The notes beneath the pieces are model-generated. The model saw only the letters and a program-made list of their open reading frames with translations. It made no database searches and was not told the origin of the DNA. Source: Camelus dromedarius (taxonomy: Eukaryota). Taken from it: a stretch of 64,000 nt of DNA. Below, piece after piece: positions 21,760 to 35,027 of the stretch (positions within the stretch are counted from its first letter, which is position 1; the number at the start of each line of letters is the position of its first letter). The position numbers were made by a program, and so were the translations under genes. The DNA lies in assembly GCF_036321535.1 (NCBI RefSeq), contig NC_087437.1, positions 5,766,001 to 5,830,000 on the forward strand. The letters run 5' to 3'.

Positions 21760-24430
21760 TTTACTATCTTTTTTATTTTATGCTTTTTGCAGATGGACAA
21801 GCAGCCATGTCAACAGTTTGTTGAGTGGTTAATCCTCATCCTGTGATTTGGAATGCCACTTTTAGTATGTTTTGAAGTCCCTTGTCTTCACTGGCTTGTG
21901 TCTGGAGTCTGTCTTCTGTGAATCTGGTGATCTGTTCCCGCACCAGTGTCATGCTGTTCTAATTACTATGTCTTCACAATGTTTTGGGTTTTTGTTTTTT
22001 TTTTTTGATATCTCGTAGGGCAAGACCTTGGTTCTTTCTGTTTAAGATTTCCTCAACTGTCTTCTGTTGTTTATTCATTTGTTTTAATTTTTTTGTATCA
22101 GCATGTCAAATTCCTTGCAAATTCCATTTGGTATTTTGTTAAGGATTACATTATATAAATAATTTTGGGGAAAAATGAAATCTTTGTAACATTGAGACTT
22201 CTCATCCAGGGACCAGCTATGTCTGTTCATTACTTTATGTCCTTTAGTAAGGTTTTGGATATTTTTTCACAACAGTCTTGCATATCAGGCATTTTCAAGT
22301 TATTTCAAATGGATTTATTTCTAAGGTTTTCTAATTGATCATTGCTAATGTATACAGAAGCTAATAATTTCTGGTCTTGATCTTGGCCTCCTTGCTGACA
22401 TCTTTAAAGATCTTGTCGTTTGCCAGTTGCTTCTCTTGGCTCTTCATGTGGACAGTTTAAAAATCTGCAAATAATGGTTATCTGTGTCTTTCTTTCTAAT
22501 GTGTGTATCTTACATATTTCTTTTTCTTGAGTACAAGTCTTTTTCTTTAATTGGGATGCTTCCAGCATTTCATCATTAAAAAAAAAGTTTCCCATTGGTT
22601 TTCACAGATCCCTTTTTTCAGGTTAAGGGTAAGGAAAGTTTCTTCTATTTCTGGTTTATGTTAAGAATCTTACCATGAGTGTGTTTTGGATTTTATCAGA
22701 TCTTTCCTCTGCAAAAATTAACGCAATCATACGATTTTTCTTTTATTTTGTTAAGACAGTAATTATCTTCATAGATAATTATAAAGCCACCATTATATTT
22801 CTAGAATAAATCCTGCCTGTCCCTGACAGATCGATTAGCCAGTATTTTATTTAGGCATTGTGAATCTTTGCGTGAGTGATCTGCGGTTTTCTTCTCTGAT
22901 TTGTTATTGCATGGCTTGAGTATCAGTCAGGGCTGTGCTAAACCACACAATGCCCAGGGCGACCCCTCCCCTCCCCCCCTCTTCAGTTAATGATTCTGTC
23001 CAAAGTGTCGATCGTCCTGAGTTTGAGAGAAAGCGTCTGCTACACTCCTGAAGTAAGCTGAGTGGCTTTCTCTTTTCTCCCCTAAGTTCCTGAATAGTTT
23101 ATATAACATGGTATTTACCTAGTCTTTGAAAGTTTGGTGTAATTCACCTAAAATGGCCTGAGCCTGGTGCCTTTTAGAAGGCTAGACCTTTCAGCGATGA
23201 GCATCTCAAAACTCTTGTCGCACCTGGCTTCACATTCCCACTCCACCGCTTTCAGCTCTGTAACCTCACCTGGGTGCTTCTCTGAGGGTCGTCTTTTCCA
23301 CGCAGGCACACCTTGTTCTGCTGTGCGTTGCTTTGTTTGGTTTTTGACACATTGGAGGCTTGTGGCAGCCCTTTTGAGCAGGTCTGTCGGCACCATTTTT
23401 CCAGCGTTTGTTTACTTCATGTCTCTGCGTCACATTTTGGTACTTTTCACAGATTTTAAACTTTTAAAATTATTACTGTATTTGTGATGGTGGTCTGGGA
23501 TCCGATGTGACTGCTATGACTCACTGAAGACTCAGACTATGGTTAGTGTTTTTTAGCAATAAAATATTTTTTAATTAAAAGATAAAATAAAAGGCTAGAT
23601 CTTTGAGTTCCTTTTCCGTTTCTTTTTTGTTTTGTTTTGTTTTTTTTTTTTGGATATCCATCTCAGTGAGTTTTTTCTTCTTGAGCTAACTTTAATAATT
23701 CTATGTTCCTGGAAAATTGGCTATTTTGTTTATTTATTTCTAGCCAATTCATAGTTGATTATATGTTATCTTCATTTAAAAAGAATAGTTCTGTTCTTTT
23801 TCTTTTTAAAATTCGATTTGTCTGTTTTATTTGTCCTTGAAAATGACCAGATTTTGGTTTTCTTGATCAACTCTACTATTTTCTTTGAATCTTGGTTTCT
23901 CATTCATCCAGCTCTTTTTATGTCTTTATTAACTGCTCTTTTCTGTATGTGTATTTTGTTTCTTTTTCTAGTTTTTTGAATGGAAATTTTAGGCTACTTA
24001 TTTTTTATTGTTCTTACCTTCTCAACAGGCAGCTAAGGCTGTAAATTTTCCTGAGGGCCGCTTTTCCAGCAGCACAAAGGTTTCAGCCTTCGGTGCTCTG
24101 TCATGGTTCAGTTTTAAACAGTCGGTGATTTCCATTTCGCTTTTTTTCTTGAACCTAAACGTTCTTTGGAAATGTGTTTTAGAATTTCTACACGTATGGG
24201 TTCTTTTGGCTGTGCAGATTTGTCAGATGATTTGGCTTGGATGTGTTCTGCTTTGAGGATGTTTCTGAGAGCTCCTTTGTGGCCTAGCACAAGGTCACTT
24301 TTATGAAGATAATAAAGATTCGTGCTTGTAAATGTTTATTCAGATGCTCTCACTCCTAGTTTCCTCTTCTTGATTTGATGATGTCTGAGGAAGATGTGGT
24401 AGAAGTTTTTCCATGATTAATGCTTTGTCA
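21760..24430 (-). mobile_element. Highly degraded ancient L1M ORF2 region (hosts the insertion at 23195-23588)
   Basis: T-rich tract with L1 antisense motifs: ttggtattttgttaaggattacatt, ctcatccaggg, cagtattttatttagg, gtttggtgtaattcacc, gtaaattttcctgag, tttgtggcctagca. Confidence 0.65.
23303..23576 (+). mobile_element. Internally deleted Tigger1-family (TcMar) fragment lacking its 3' TIR
   Basis: caggcacaccttg 5' TIR-like start; ggcttgtggcagccc...gagcaggtctgtcggcaccatttttcca...tgtctctgcgtcacattttggta; gactcactgaagactcaga...ttttagcaataaaatatttt match Tigger1 5' and subterminal 3' sequence as recalled. Confidence 0.8.
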
Positions 24431-25059
24431 ATCAAATATACTGATATTTAAGGTCATGAACAATTTTGCCAAAAAAAGAGAGGATATGTTTATAAATACA
24501 GAATTGTGTCTTATCCTAAGGAAGTGAAGAGTCACCTACGTGGATGGGATGGTATCTAATGATGATAGAAACCTAAGGGCTTGGCATTGCACAGGGACCA
24601 TTCATTATTTTAAAGCAAAGAACCTGTTCTGACCACTCTTAGGACTCTCTCTAACCTCGCAGGATACTCAGACAAGTAGTCAAATAAAATTTTCTGCATA
24701 ATTTATAATAATGAAAAAACAGACGTAAATGTCCAATGGTAACAGTTACATGAAGACATGTTTTGTGGGCTTTGAAAATCATGTTCTTAAAAGACTAAGA
24801 TTATGGAGGGGAGGGAATTATTCCTGTTATCAGTTTAATAAATCAACATATAAAATAGTATGTTGTGATTGCATTTTAAGAAAATATGTGTGCATTAAAT
24901 ATATGCATAGAATAAAAAACAGTTATCTCTTGAACGATGATATAGATCATTGCATTTTATTCTTCACATTTAACTATGTTTTCAAAAATTTTACAATGAT
25001 GATTTAAATGCTTTAAATGAGTATGGCAGATTTAATCTAAAATATACTGAATGAAGTTT

Positions 25060-25720
25060 AAATTAAAATAGTGTCAAATGGACAAAGTAAAAAGACCATT
25101 ACATTTTGTGATGGAGGGAGTGATGGGGGAATAGGTGTTCCTGTCTGCTGTTGGTAGCAGTGGTGGGCAACTTGTGACGGGCAATTTAGCAATGTGTGTG
25201 AAAATTTTGAATGTATTCTTTGACCTAGAATGTTTTCTGCTATGAATTAATTCTGCAGCGTTTTTTATAAAAGTACTGAAGGATTTCACCAAGCACTGTT
25301 TATAATAGTGAAAAAAACTGGAAGACATAAACTCTAATATCCACCAGTATGGAACTAGTGAAATAAATTGTGTTATAGCCAAACAAGGGACTATTATACA
25401 AGCCTTAAAAAGAAAGGGGAGCTTTATGGATAATGGCATGGAAAAATGTCCAAGATACACTTGAAACTGAATAGAATAAGTTCCAAATGACTGTATATAG
25501 TAGGATCCCGTTTTTTTGAAGACTGGGTTGTCTGTATACACATTTATACACGTACGTACGTGCATTAAAATTTTTTTGGAGAAATATGCGTGCAGTAGTT
25601 AACAGTACTTACCTGTGAGCAAAGGGCAGACAGACCCTAGGTGACCTTACTTCGTGTATTACTATAATTTTGGATGTTTACAACAAACATGAATTAAGTT
25701 AAGCAAATTTTGATTAAAAG
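25060..25720 (+). mobile_element. Ancient L1ME-type 3' fragment
   Basis: ggcaatttagcaatgtgt...ctttgacctaga...gcactgtttataatagtgaaaaaaactggaa...catggaaaaatgtccaagatac. Confidence 0.7.
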
Positions 25721-27699
25721 TAAATTTCAAAAGGTAAAAAGTGCTGTCACCCTAATCAGATACCACTTCTGTATTTCCTTTCTCTGTGGGGTCATGTGCC
25801 CAGCGGTGTAATAAGCATGTAAAATGGATAATAGCTCGGGAGGAACTCGCCCTCAGGTACTCTTTGTCACAGGCCTACAGCATGCCTATAATTATTTTTA
25901 ATGGATAGTAACATGCTGCTTAATTTGCTCCAAGTCAAATAATTATTATTTAGTAAATTCTTTTTTAATTTAAAAAGTTGAGATATAATTAACATATAAC
26001 ATTATATTAGTTTCAGGTGTACAACATCATGATAGCGTATTGGGGAATGATGACCACAATGAATCTGGCTCTGGTTTGGCCCTGAATGTCAGGATTTACT
26101 ACTTTCTTACTTCAGTGAACTAGTGCTAATTTCATGGGTGCTTATCCTCTGCAGGTCAGGTAATCCCAAAGGTGGATACTTAACCTGAGAAGGGAATTGT
26201 GTGGGTAAAATTATTCATGTTAGCGCAGACTTTCAAAAACTCCATAGGAGTTCCTGTGAAACATAATAAAGCTTAACAGTGTTTGCACCATTGTATCTTT
26301 CGTAGAAGACACGGAAGTAAGTCTTAGAAGAGTTTGTCACTTATGATGGGTCACAAGTATCAGGGAAAGTTAAAAGGATCAGTGCAGATATTTAAATTTT
26401 GAGTTGATTTCTCGTTTTCATTTAATGTACCTGATGAACTGTAAAATACCTATTAATTCGTACAATATTAAACTATAATTTGCATTCAGCGGCGTTTATG
26501 TTTCTCGAGAAGGTCCATTAGCCATCCCTTCCTTAAATGCCTAGCTGCCATAGGACTTTAACTAAAAGCCAGGCTTGAAAAGGAGTAGCAATAAACCATT
26601 AATTATAGGTAATTATGAAGCCAGATTTTAAAACAATGTTTGTAGAAATGTCACATCAGTGCAGCTTACATACTCCGTGTTTGCATGCTTCGACATTTTA
26701 TTTCTGGAAGCTGAAAACGTGCTTTGTGTACAGTAAATGTGGGTGCAGTGTGAAAAGTAAAACTGTAATAAAGCAAATTATAAGTGCATGTGGAAGGAGC
26801 AGACATAATTTCAGCTGCAGTGTGTCCCCTGAAATTTAGTGGGTCGGTTACGCCATTATTTCCCTTAGGATCACTGGCAGATACTTGAAATCAGTGACAC
26901 TTGGAATGATTGAGCTAGATTCCTGATGCTAATGACAGAAAAATAAAGTTACTGGCCTAAAATAATGAGGTCAAACTCTTGTGTGTGTGAAAAGGGAAGT
27001 CACTGTGGGTAATTTTGCAAGAGTTCCACTTTTAATCACTTTGAAGCTCACGCACAGCTTTTGTCTTTCTCTGTTGCTTGCATGCCTTTCCACTCTGACT
27101 AAGCTGGTCGTTTGTTTTCAGTGAGTATCTAACAGACGGTTCAGAATGCATGCCTGTGTCTGGAGCGATGGTGACAGCGAGCTTTTGGAAACTGCCAGGG
27201 GAGGCTTCTGGTTCCCAGTAGCCTTGACCCCCACGGAGAGATGCTCCTACCACCTTAGATCTTTTCTCCTGACTCCCTTCCCCTTTTCTTGGCCTTAGGT
27301 AGCTTTGCGTTCTGTTTTCCACAGCCAAAGTCTGACTCCTACATTGAGCACCTTTAGCACCTTTGACCATCTTTGGCTTTGTGTACATCCTTCCGGCCCT
27401 CCAGCCGCAGACAGAGAAGGGATCCCCCAGCTCCACTCCGTGCTGACCCCTGACCTGTCCCCGACGGCGTCGCTCTCCCCCTGTGGCTCCTGTGCCACGC
27501 TCCCCCTCACTCTCTCTAGGATCTTCCTCCCATCTGCCTGGAGTCAGCCCTACACCTCGCCTCTATTGTAATATTCGTGCCTCTTCCCTTTTGTTCCTTT
27601 TCACTGTGAGGCACCTTGAACCAGGGGCTCAGCCCCAGTCTCTCCCAGCCTCTCCAAGCTGATTTTCGTTTGCACAACCTGCTGAGCAACCAGTTTCTT

Positions 27700-28920
27700 T
27701 CTTTGGTGCTGGATCTTTCTGTTGCAAAATCCAAAGGTCTCCTGGTGAGCATTTCTCGCTCTGGCCTTTGCACTACACTCATGTTGCTGACTGTGCCCTA
27801 AGGGAGAACTTTTCCCTCCTGGTTGTCCTCACATCACCCCCTGTAATCCGTCTCCTGCCTTTCCAGCTGGGCCGTCCTGGCTCCCTGCTCCCTTGTCTGT
27901 CTGGCTGTGGGCGTTCATCACGGCTCTGTCCTCAGGTCCCTGGTCTCCTCCATCCTAGTTCCCCTTGCAGAGCTCCCATGGCAGCAGATGTCACTTCTCA
28001 AAAAGACACAGTCCTACCCCTGATGGGAGATCACTCACCAGGCTCTCAGTACTGTACCCTGCCTGTGTTCATAACTTCCCAGTTACACGTTCTGCTTAAT
28101 GTCCTTCCTGACGTAAGAACCTGTGATTCTTTGGGTGAAAAGAAAGTCTCATCTTCTCCAAAAAACCGGTTCATTCATAAACATCCTTTGTTTCAACAGA
28201 GCATCACCATTATTCTTCTCTCTCTAAATGACGCCACGTTTACTAGTGATTTTGCTGAAAGTCTAGACGCCTCTTAAAGCAGCACACCCCATCATCCTTC
28301 CCCGAGTCGGGCGCTGGTTCACGTCAGCTCCCCAGGACCAAGCCAGGGCCCCGGTCCACCCCACCTCACCCGGCCTCCTGACAGTGACCTCCCGTCTTCA
28401 GGGTCATGGCCATCGGATGATGCTTCAAACACCGCTGGTCCTCCTCGGTTCCTTACTCAGGTTGACACTGTCTTAGCTCCTGGCCCCGGAGTTTGCCTCC
28501 CCCTCTCCCTCCCACATCCTTCCTTCCTCCCACTTGGCATTGGACAGGCCACGCTCTCTTGTTCAAGCCTCAGTCTCAGGACTGCCTGTAGCACTCCACT
28601 CCGCGTCCTCCCTGGCTCTCAGGGACTGCCAGCATCTCTCCGAATCTAGGTCCAAAGTCAGTATCCCCTGCTTGACTCAAATATTGTTCCTTTTCCACCT
28701 GTGTGGATAAATAAGCAATCCCCTGGGGGTAAACCTTCCCTTCCCTCGGAAGCCTTGTCTGAACATTTTCCATTTTCTACCATTTCTTAATACATTTTCG
28801 TCTGATTTTCCTAACTGTACTTGAAGTTTCTTGAGGGTAGGACTGTATCTCATCCCCTTCTCTGTCCCCTCTGGTGACCAGTGTTACACAGTTTCAGTAA
28901 CTACTTATTGATTCATTGCT
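27700..28920 (+). mobile_element. Degraded L2 fragments
   Basis: gttgcaaaatccaaaggtc...gttgctgactgtgccct body; 3' end aagtttcttgagggtaggactgtatctc...cttattgattcattg. Confidence 0.55.
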
Positions 28921-29316
28921 GGGCATCAGAGTTTGAATACTTAAGTAAGATTTCAAACAATCCAAACATCTATATTCAATGAAATAGCAAAAATTCCTGT
29001 TGGCAACATATGCCAGGGCCTAATGTTCTTGGAATTAAAACACAAACTGTTTTCTAGACGAAATACTTACTTTTCAGGTGTATGTCCTCTGGTATCAGCG
29101 GACGGTCTGCCACTTTTCTTAGGAGAGCCTTCTAACATGTAAGACGTAAAACCATCTCATACCGTAAGGGACTAGAGTCACAGAAGGATGCCAGAGAGGC
29201 CTTAGAGGTAGTCCTGGCCGAACTTCCTCCTTTCACAATCGAAGCCAACAGAAATTCAGGGCCAGCTTACACCACAGGCAGATGGCGAGGCTGGGATTAG
29301 AGGCTGGTGTTCCTTT

Positions 29317-29953
29317 TTGTTTTAAATCCAAAGGACAGTTGATTTACAATGTTGTGTTACTTTCTAGTATACAGCATAGTGATTTAGTTATACATATGTG
29401 TTCTTTTTCATTTTCTTTTTTGCTATAGGTTATTTATAAGATATTAAATATAGTTCCCTGTGCTATATAGTAGAACTTTGTTGTTTATTTTATATATGGT
29501 ATTTTGTATCTGCAAATCCCAAACTTTTAATTTATCCCCACCCCTTTTTTTCCCCTGGTAATGATAAGTTTGTTTTCTACATCTGTGAGTCTGTTTCTGT
29601 TCTGTGTATAAGTGCATTTTTGTCATTTCTTTTTAGATTCCACATATAAGTGATATCATATAATATTTGGCTTTCCCTGACTTACTTCACTTAGTATGGT
29701 AATCTCTAGGTCCATCCATGTTACTACAAATGGCATTATTTCATTCTTTTTTATGGCTGAATAATATTCCATTGTATAACTATACCACAACTTCTCTATC
29801 TAGTCATCTGTTGATGGACATTTAGGTTGCTTCCATTTCTTGGCTATTGTAAATAGTGCTGCTATGAACACTGGGGTGCATGAATCTTTCTGAATTAGAG
29901 TTTTCTCTGGATATATGCCCAGGAGTGGGATTGCTGGATCACAGGGTAACTCT
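29317..29953 (-). mobile_element. Artiodactyl-type L1 (ORF2 C-terminus + 3'UTR) with TSD
   Basis: ORF 29800-30018 contains DPAIPLLGIYPEKTLIQKDSCTPVFIAALFTIAKKWKQPKCPSTDD; TSD gaggctggtgttccttt (29300-29316) / gaggctagtgttctttt (29954-29970). Confidence 0.94.
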
Positions 29954-32439
29954 GAGGCTAGTGTTCTTTTATGAAGTCCAGAGCCCTTCTGCTGCACATC
30001 TCCATATGTCCCATTCACTCATCTGTTCATGCGGCACATCCTTAATGAGCTCCCACTAAGTGCCAGTCCCCACTCAGCAGTGAGCTTTGACAAAGAACAA
30101 GACGTCCTCAGAGAGCATGGTCTGCTGGAGGAGACAGAGGACCCACTGCTGGGGGGAAATGGGGTGGAAGAGATGTTTTTTGTCCTGCGTTGTTTTGTTT
30201 TAATGTGGAAAGGATTGAGGAAGTTGAATGCTGAGGGAAAGTAGGGGGGAAAGTCTGCAGGTCTGGTTGCAGGATCACCAGGGCAGTAGTGTCCCTTTGA
30301 AGGCCCATGAAGGGAGCAAGGTCCAGAGCATGGCGGGTAGGGGTGGAGCAGAGAAGGGTGGCTTTTCCAACCAGACTGGAATCGAAGGGGCATTGGAAGC
30401 GGAGGATGCGTGTCCTCTCTGGTGAAGTAGACTTCCAGGCTGTTGCTAAGAGGAGCAGAGTGCCTTAGGGAGGTGGAGTCTGTGGAAGGCCCCTGTGGGG
30501 AGCACCCATCCTAACCTGCAGGGGACAGTCGTCTCCTCCTGGGAGTGGGAGAGATGATACAGGGAAGAGGCCTGAGACTGCCCGCAGAGATGCCCAGGGG
30601 ACCACCATGAGGTGAGTGACGGGCCGCTGGGCAGGAGTCCAGCCCTCTGAGGCTGCAGTGCTCCCGGGTGCCCAGGGCCCGCTCCTGCAGGAGGAACTTG
30701 GGAGGATGAGCAGGGTGAGCCGGTCCTGTGCGTCCTGGGCAGGCCCGGGCCAGATAAGAGTGGAGTGGTGCTGACCACGCAGACATTTCCCTTTTGTGAC
30801 ATTTGATGTATTAGGAATAGAAAGTTGTTAAAAGAATGGAAGAGAAGGGATATTAGAGGAGAGATGATTTTAAAAGAGATTTATCCTGAACGGTTATGCT
30901 CAGTTGATTTACTCTTGAGATGAAGACCCAGGCCTGCAGATGTGCTCGAGATGAGACCTGGTCAGAACATGGTCTGTCCCACCTCGAGGGAGGGCGGGCC
31001 TCAGTGGCCTGTGTGCCTTGGGCCCCAGTGTCAGGTTCTGGGGTCCTCATTACAATCCAGAGTAGCCCTGTCTAGAATTTCCCCACTGCCCCAAGAAACT
31101 TCTGTGTTTGGCTCTTATGTAATATTTCCTCAGTATGAACAATTCAGAGAGAATTGTTTTCAATAAGCTAAGTATAAATAATTAGTGAAGGGAATGAAAG
31201 GAATGGATTTTCTCACTGAGACTTTCAATAATCCTCACCCTGCCCTGTGGTGCTGCCCATGCTGATAGAATGTGATACCATGAAGTTTTGTGCAGTGAAA
31301 TGCAAGTGTGAGCGAGCAAAAGCAATGAAAACGGCTTCAAAAAATGAAACCAAGAACAACTGATGGGAAAAGGAACTATGAGGACCTTTCTAAAGCTGAA
31401 GAAATTTAGAATAAGTTTATTCTTTTAGAATAAATTGATAATAAATAAATTCTTAGAGAGTAAATTTATTCTTACTGGAATAAGAGATTTGAAAAACACT
31501 GCCTCTAAGTATTAAATCTCCCTCTTCTTGATTCCTGAAGATGATTGGATCTGGTAGTAAAAAGTAAATGTGTGTGTGTGTTTAACCACACATGTACATA
31601 TACGTGTGTTCACACACATTTAAGTGCTTGAGGCAATATTTCTTATCAGAGCTTGAGAAAAGTAACAGGCCATCCTAATCATGAAGGTGCAAAAAAATAG
31701 CTTATCTTGAGAGAAGAGTAAATTGTGTGTTATTCGTTCATGAATAGATGATGAAATCAAATAATGCAACGGTGTGCTCAAAGCCTGTGCCAGAAACCTG
31801 TCCGGACCTGAGCGCAGCATGTCTGACGCCACGTTCAGCTTACTTGTTTACTCATCACTGACTTGCCCTTTTGACTGTGAATTCTTCGAAAGTCGAGAGC
31901 AGTCTTATTTAAGTCTGCGTCTCCAGCAGGTCCTCATAAAATTCCTCCAAAGAACTTAGTGGGGCCAGGGCTCGAAAGCCTCGTTATATACAGACCAAGG
32001 GCGTGTTTCTCTCTTTATGTTCCTGGTGCTTAGCACTGCGTTCAGACATCGTAGTCAGTGAATGACAGCGCTTGAAATAAAGATCCGAAAAGCTGTACTG
32101 TCTAAATTTACCCAGATTTAGTGAATGCATTCTTCTAACGACATAAATTACCGGAAATCTCTGTGTCTCTTAAGTATTTTTAAAATTCTGTTGGAGACAG
32201 GGAAAGGAAAAAAATGAGCCTTAAAGAGTGTCGTCACTGCAGACACTGAGAGCCCTGCAGTGTGGTCAGGAGGAGTCCCGCGGGAGTGAGAAGGGTGCCA
32301 GCCCAGCCGCTAACTCTGCTGCTGTCACCGTCCGTGTGACCTTGGGCCCCCATGAGTTGTACGTGCTCATTGTTCAGTACATTTTTAACTTAGGGTCTCC
32401 CAGTTTCTGCCCCCGTGTGAGCCACTGGTGAGTATGAAT

Positions 32440-33200
32440 AATCACCATCTTGCTCTCAAGGGGCTAGGGTCTGGTGGGAGGACAGACGTTCATCACGCAG
32501 TGAGACAGTAAATGTAAAATTGCGATGATGACAAATGTTGGACGGGAGAGGTCCGTGGGACCGGAAGGACATATAAGAGAACTGGACTTAATTCCAGAGA
32601 TCCAGGAAGTGACAGTGGTTTCACGATCCAAAGACTAACTGGGAGCTAAGTAAGCAAAGAGGGGAGGAGGAGGGAAGAGCATTTGGGGCAAGCAGCACAG
32701 CACAGGCAGAGGCGCGGCAGGTGATGGGGAGGCTGGGGAGGGGCGAAGGGGGGCTTGTGAGAGCGAGCTGGACAGCGCGGGGCCTTGCTGGCCGCCGTCA
32801 GGAGCGTTACCTCCATCCGGAGAGGGAAGGGGAGCATCCAAGAGTTTTAAGCAGGCGGGTGTCAAGACCAATCCTGTGGCTGCACTGGACGGTGGGGCAG
32901 AGGGCAGGACTGAGTGACAGTGGCAGGCTAGGAGGCTGTTGGAGGAACCCAGAGACTCAGTAATTGTGATGGAGAGGAAGGAGGAGGGTGGGTTGGAGCT
33001 GGATGTGGGAGGTGACATCGGCCAGAAGAGCAGAAGGGAGGATGGGCGGGTCAGAGGTGCCCTGGGCTTCCTGCCGGAGGAGACCCAGTCCTCGCTGAGG
33101 AGGGAGCGTCGCCGGAGGCCCCGCGGGGTCCAGCTTGCTGCACACTGGAGTCGAGGTGAGCCCCTGAGAACACCAAGGAGAAGCACCCGGGGAGCAGCTG
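32440..33200 (-). mobile_element. Degraded L2
   Basis: cttgctctcaaggggctagggtctggtgggaggacagac...ggaagagcatttggggcaagcagcacagcacaggcagaggc...gagttttaagcagg...taggaggctgttg. Confidence 0.65.
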
Positions 33201-34600
33201 GACCTGCCACTCGGGTCCTCTTGAGAGCTCCAGGCTGCCGTCACCGGGTAGACGTGGTCCCCGACCCTGGGTCCCCGCCGCACTTGGTGCCGCTCTCCCT
33301 GCTGCAGTAAGGGTTCCCGTTTTGGACTGTGGTTGCCATTCTGAACCTCGTATTGTTTACCAGGGGACATCTAAGTCCGAAGGTCTCTGCCTGATAGCAT
33401 CGAGATTCGATAACCTTTGAAGATGCAGTTATGTCTCACTGTGCATAACAGATGCTTATTGAAAAGTCTTGGGATTTGTCCTCATGAGACTCTGAGCAGG
33501 TGGGGAGGGCAGGGGCTGGGGGCTACAGCAGGCACGTGGCGTTGCTCCGGAGGCCCCTGCTTCCTTCGGGGTCCAGCCCCAGGGCTGGCCCTCTCCCTGA
33601 TTACATATGCCTGGTGTGGGAGGTCTGCTCCCACAGAAGGCTGTGCACTGGCTTTGGTGAGTGATGGAGAGCCCAGCCTGGTCCTGGAGCGCTGCCTTCC
33701 TCCAGAAGGTCTGGAAGAACAAAAGAGGTGCTGCTCCCGGGCCCCAGACGATGCTCTGAGGGGCAGAGGGAGCGGACGGGCCTGGACAAACACGCAGACT
33801 TTCCGGGGGCCTGCTGGAGGTGGCCCCGGGAGTCCTGGTGGCCTTCCCTGGGTGTCAGGAGAGGCTGAGCCTGGGATGCGGTCCCTCCCTCACTTACTCC
33901 AGCATCCCCAGTGAAGGAGTGCCAAGATTTCAGCCCCTTGCTCGCTCAGGCAGTGCGTCCGGCGGCTTTGCAGTACCCCGGGCGGAGGTAACAGCCGCTT
34001 ATTGGGAGCTCCGTTGTACAAGCTTGGGCTTCTGTGAAGGGTCAGACTCCCAGATCCCGGGGTCCAGGGACCATGGCTTTCTGGACTGTTCACAGTGGCA
34101 GGAGGATCGGAGAGGCCGGGTAGGGTGGGCTTTGTCCCCATGTGATGCTCAGACACAGGCAGATACTGGAGTTCTGGGGGCCTCTCCCTGTGGGGCGTTG
34201 GGGTGGCAGGAAGGTGTGCCCTGAGCTGGGTGGCCGGAGACTTGGTCGGGCAGACGTCCAGGGTAAGTGATGGGGAGGAGGGAGCGGGTGAGACACAACA
34301 ATTCTCCCGGGTGCCGTGCCCCGGCCGTGGGGCTGCTGGCCTCCTCCAAAAGGCCCGGCCCAGGTCTGGTGTGGCTGAGCTGCTGGTGGTGGAGGAGGAG
34401 GTGGGCGGGAGCAGGTGGACCTAATGGTGCCTCGAGCCCCATCTCAGGGTGAGCTGGCGGGAGAGGGGAGAGTTGAACCTCGCCCCCCAGGTGGTTCCCG
34501 CTGGATGAAGAAACAGGGGAAGGAGCAGCAGGGATATCCGAAGCCTGGTCGAGGAGCAGGGGGTGTAACCGTATAAAAGAGGCCGCAGTCAAATCACAGT

Positions 34601-35027
34601 TGTAGAAGTCAGGGCTCCCCAGAGAAACAAGACCAGTGGGGTGTGTGGGGGTGTGTGTGTAGAGAGAAGAGAGTGGGATGCATTTTAAGGAATTGGCTTG
34701 AGCGATTGCGAGGGCCAGCGTGTTCACAAGGCTGGAGATTCAGGAAGAGTCGGTGTTGCCGTCTTGAGGCCGATGTCAGAGTCTCTGCGCCGCCTCCCAG
34801 AGGCGGAATTCCTCCTTCTCAGGGAAACCTGTCTTTGCTCTTAAGGCCTCACCTGACTGGATGAGGCGCACCCACTTTGTGGAGGCTAATGTGCTTTCCC
34901 GTAAAGCCCCCTGATGGTGGGTATTAATCACGTCAAAAAAGTCCCCCTACGCCACGTGTAGACTAGTGTTTGAGCAAACCGCTGTACAGCAGTTCTGCCC
35001 AAGGTGACCCATGAATTTACTGTCACC
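34601..35027 (-). mobile_element. MLT2-type (ERVL) solo LTR
   Basis: tgtagaagtcagggctccccagagaaacaagaccagtgg...ttttaaggaattggct...ggcggaattcctccttctcagggaaacct...gactggatgaggcgcacccac...agactagtgtttgagcaaa...aaggtgacccatgaatttactgtcac. Confidence 0.85.

Noticed and set aside
31405..31485. Clustered AT-rich palindromes (agaataagtttattct etc.)
   Set aside because: Low-complexity sequence, possibly a decayed hAT remnant (ends tttgaaaaacactg); no repeat-spacer periodicity.
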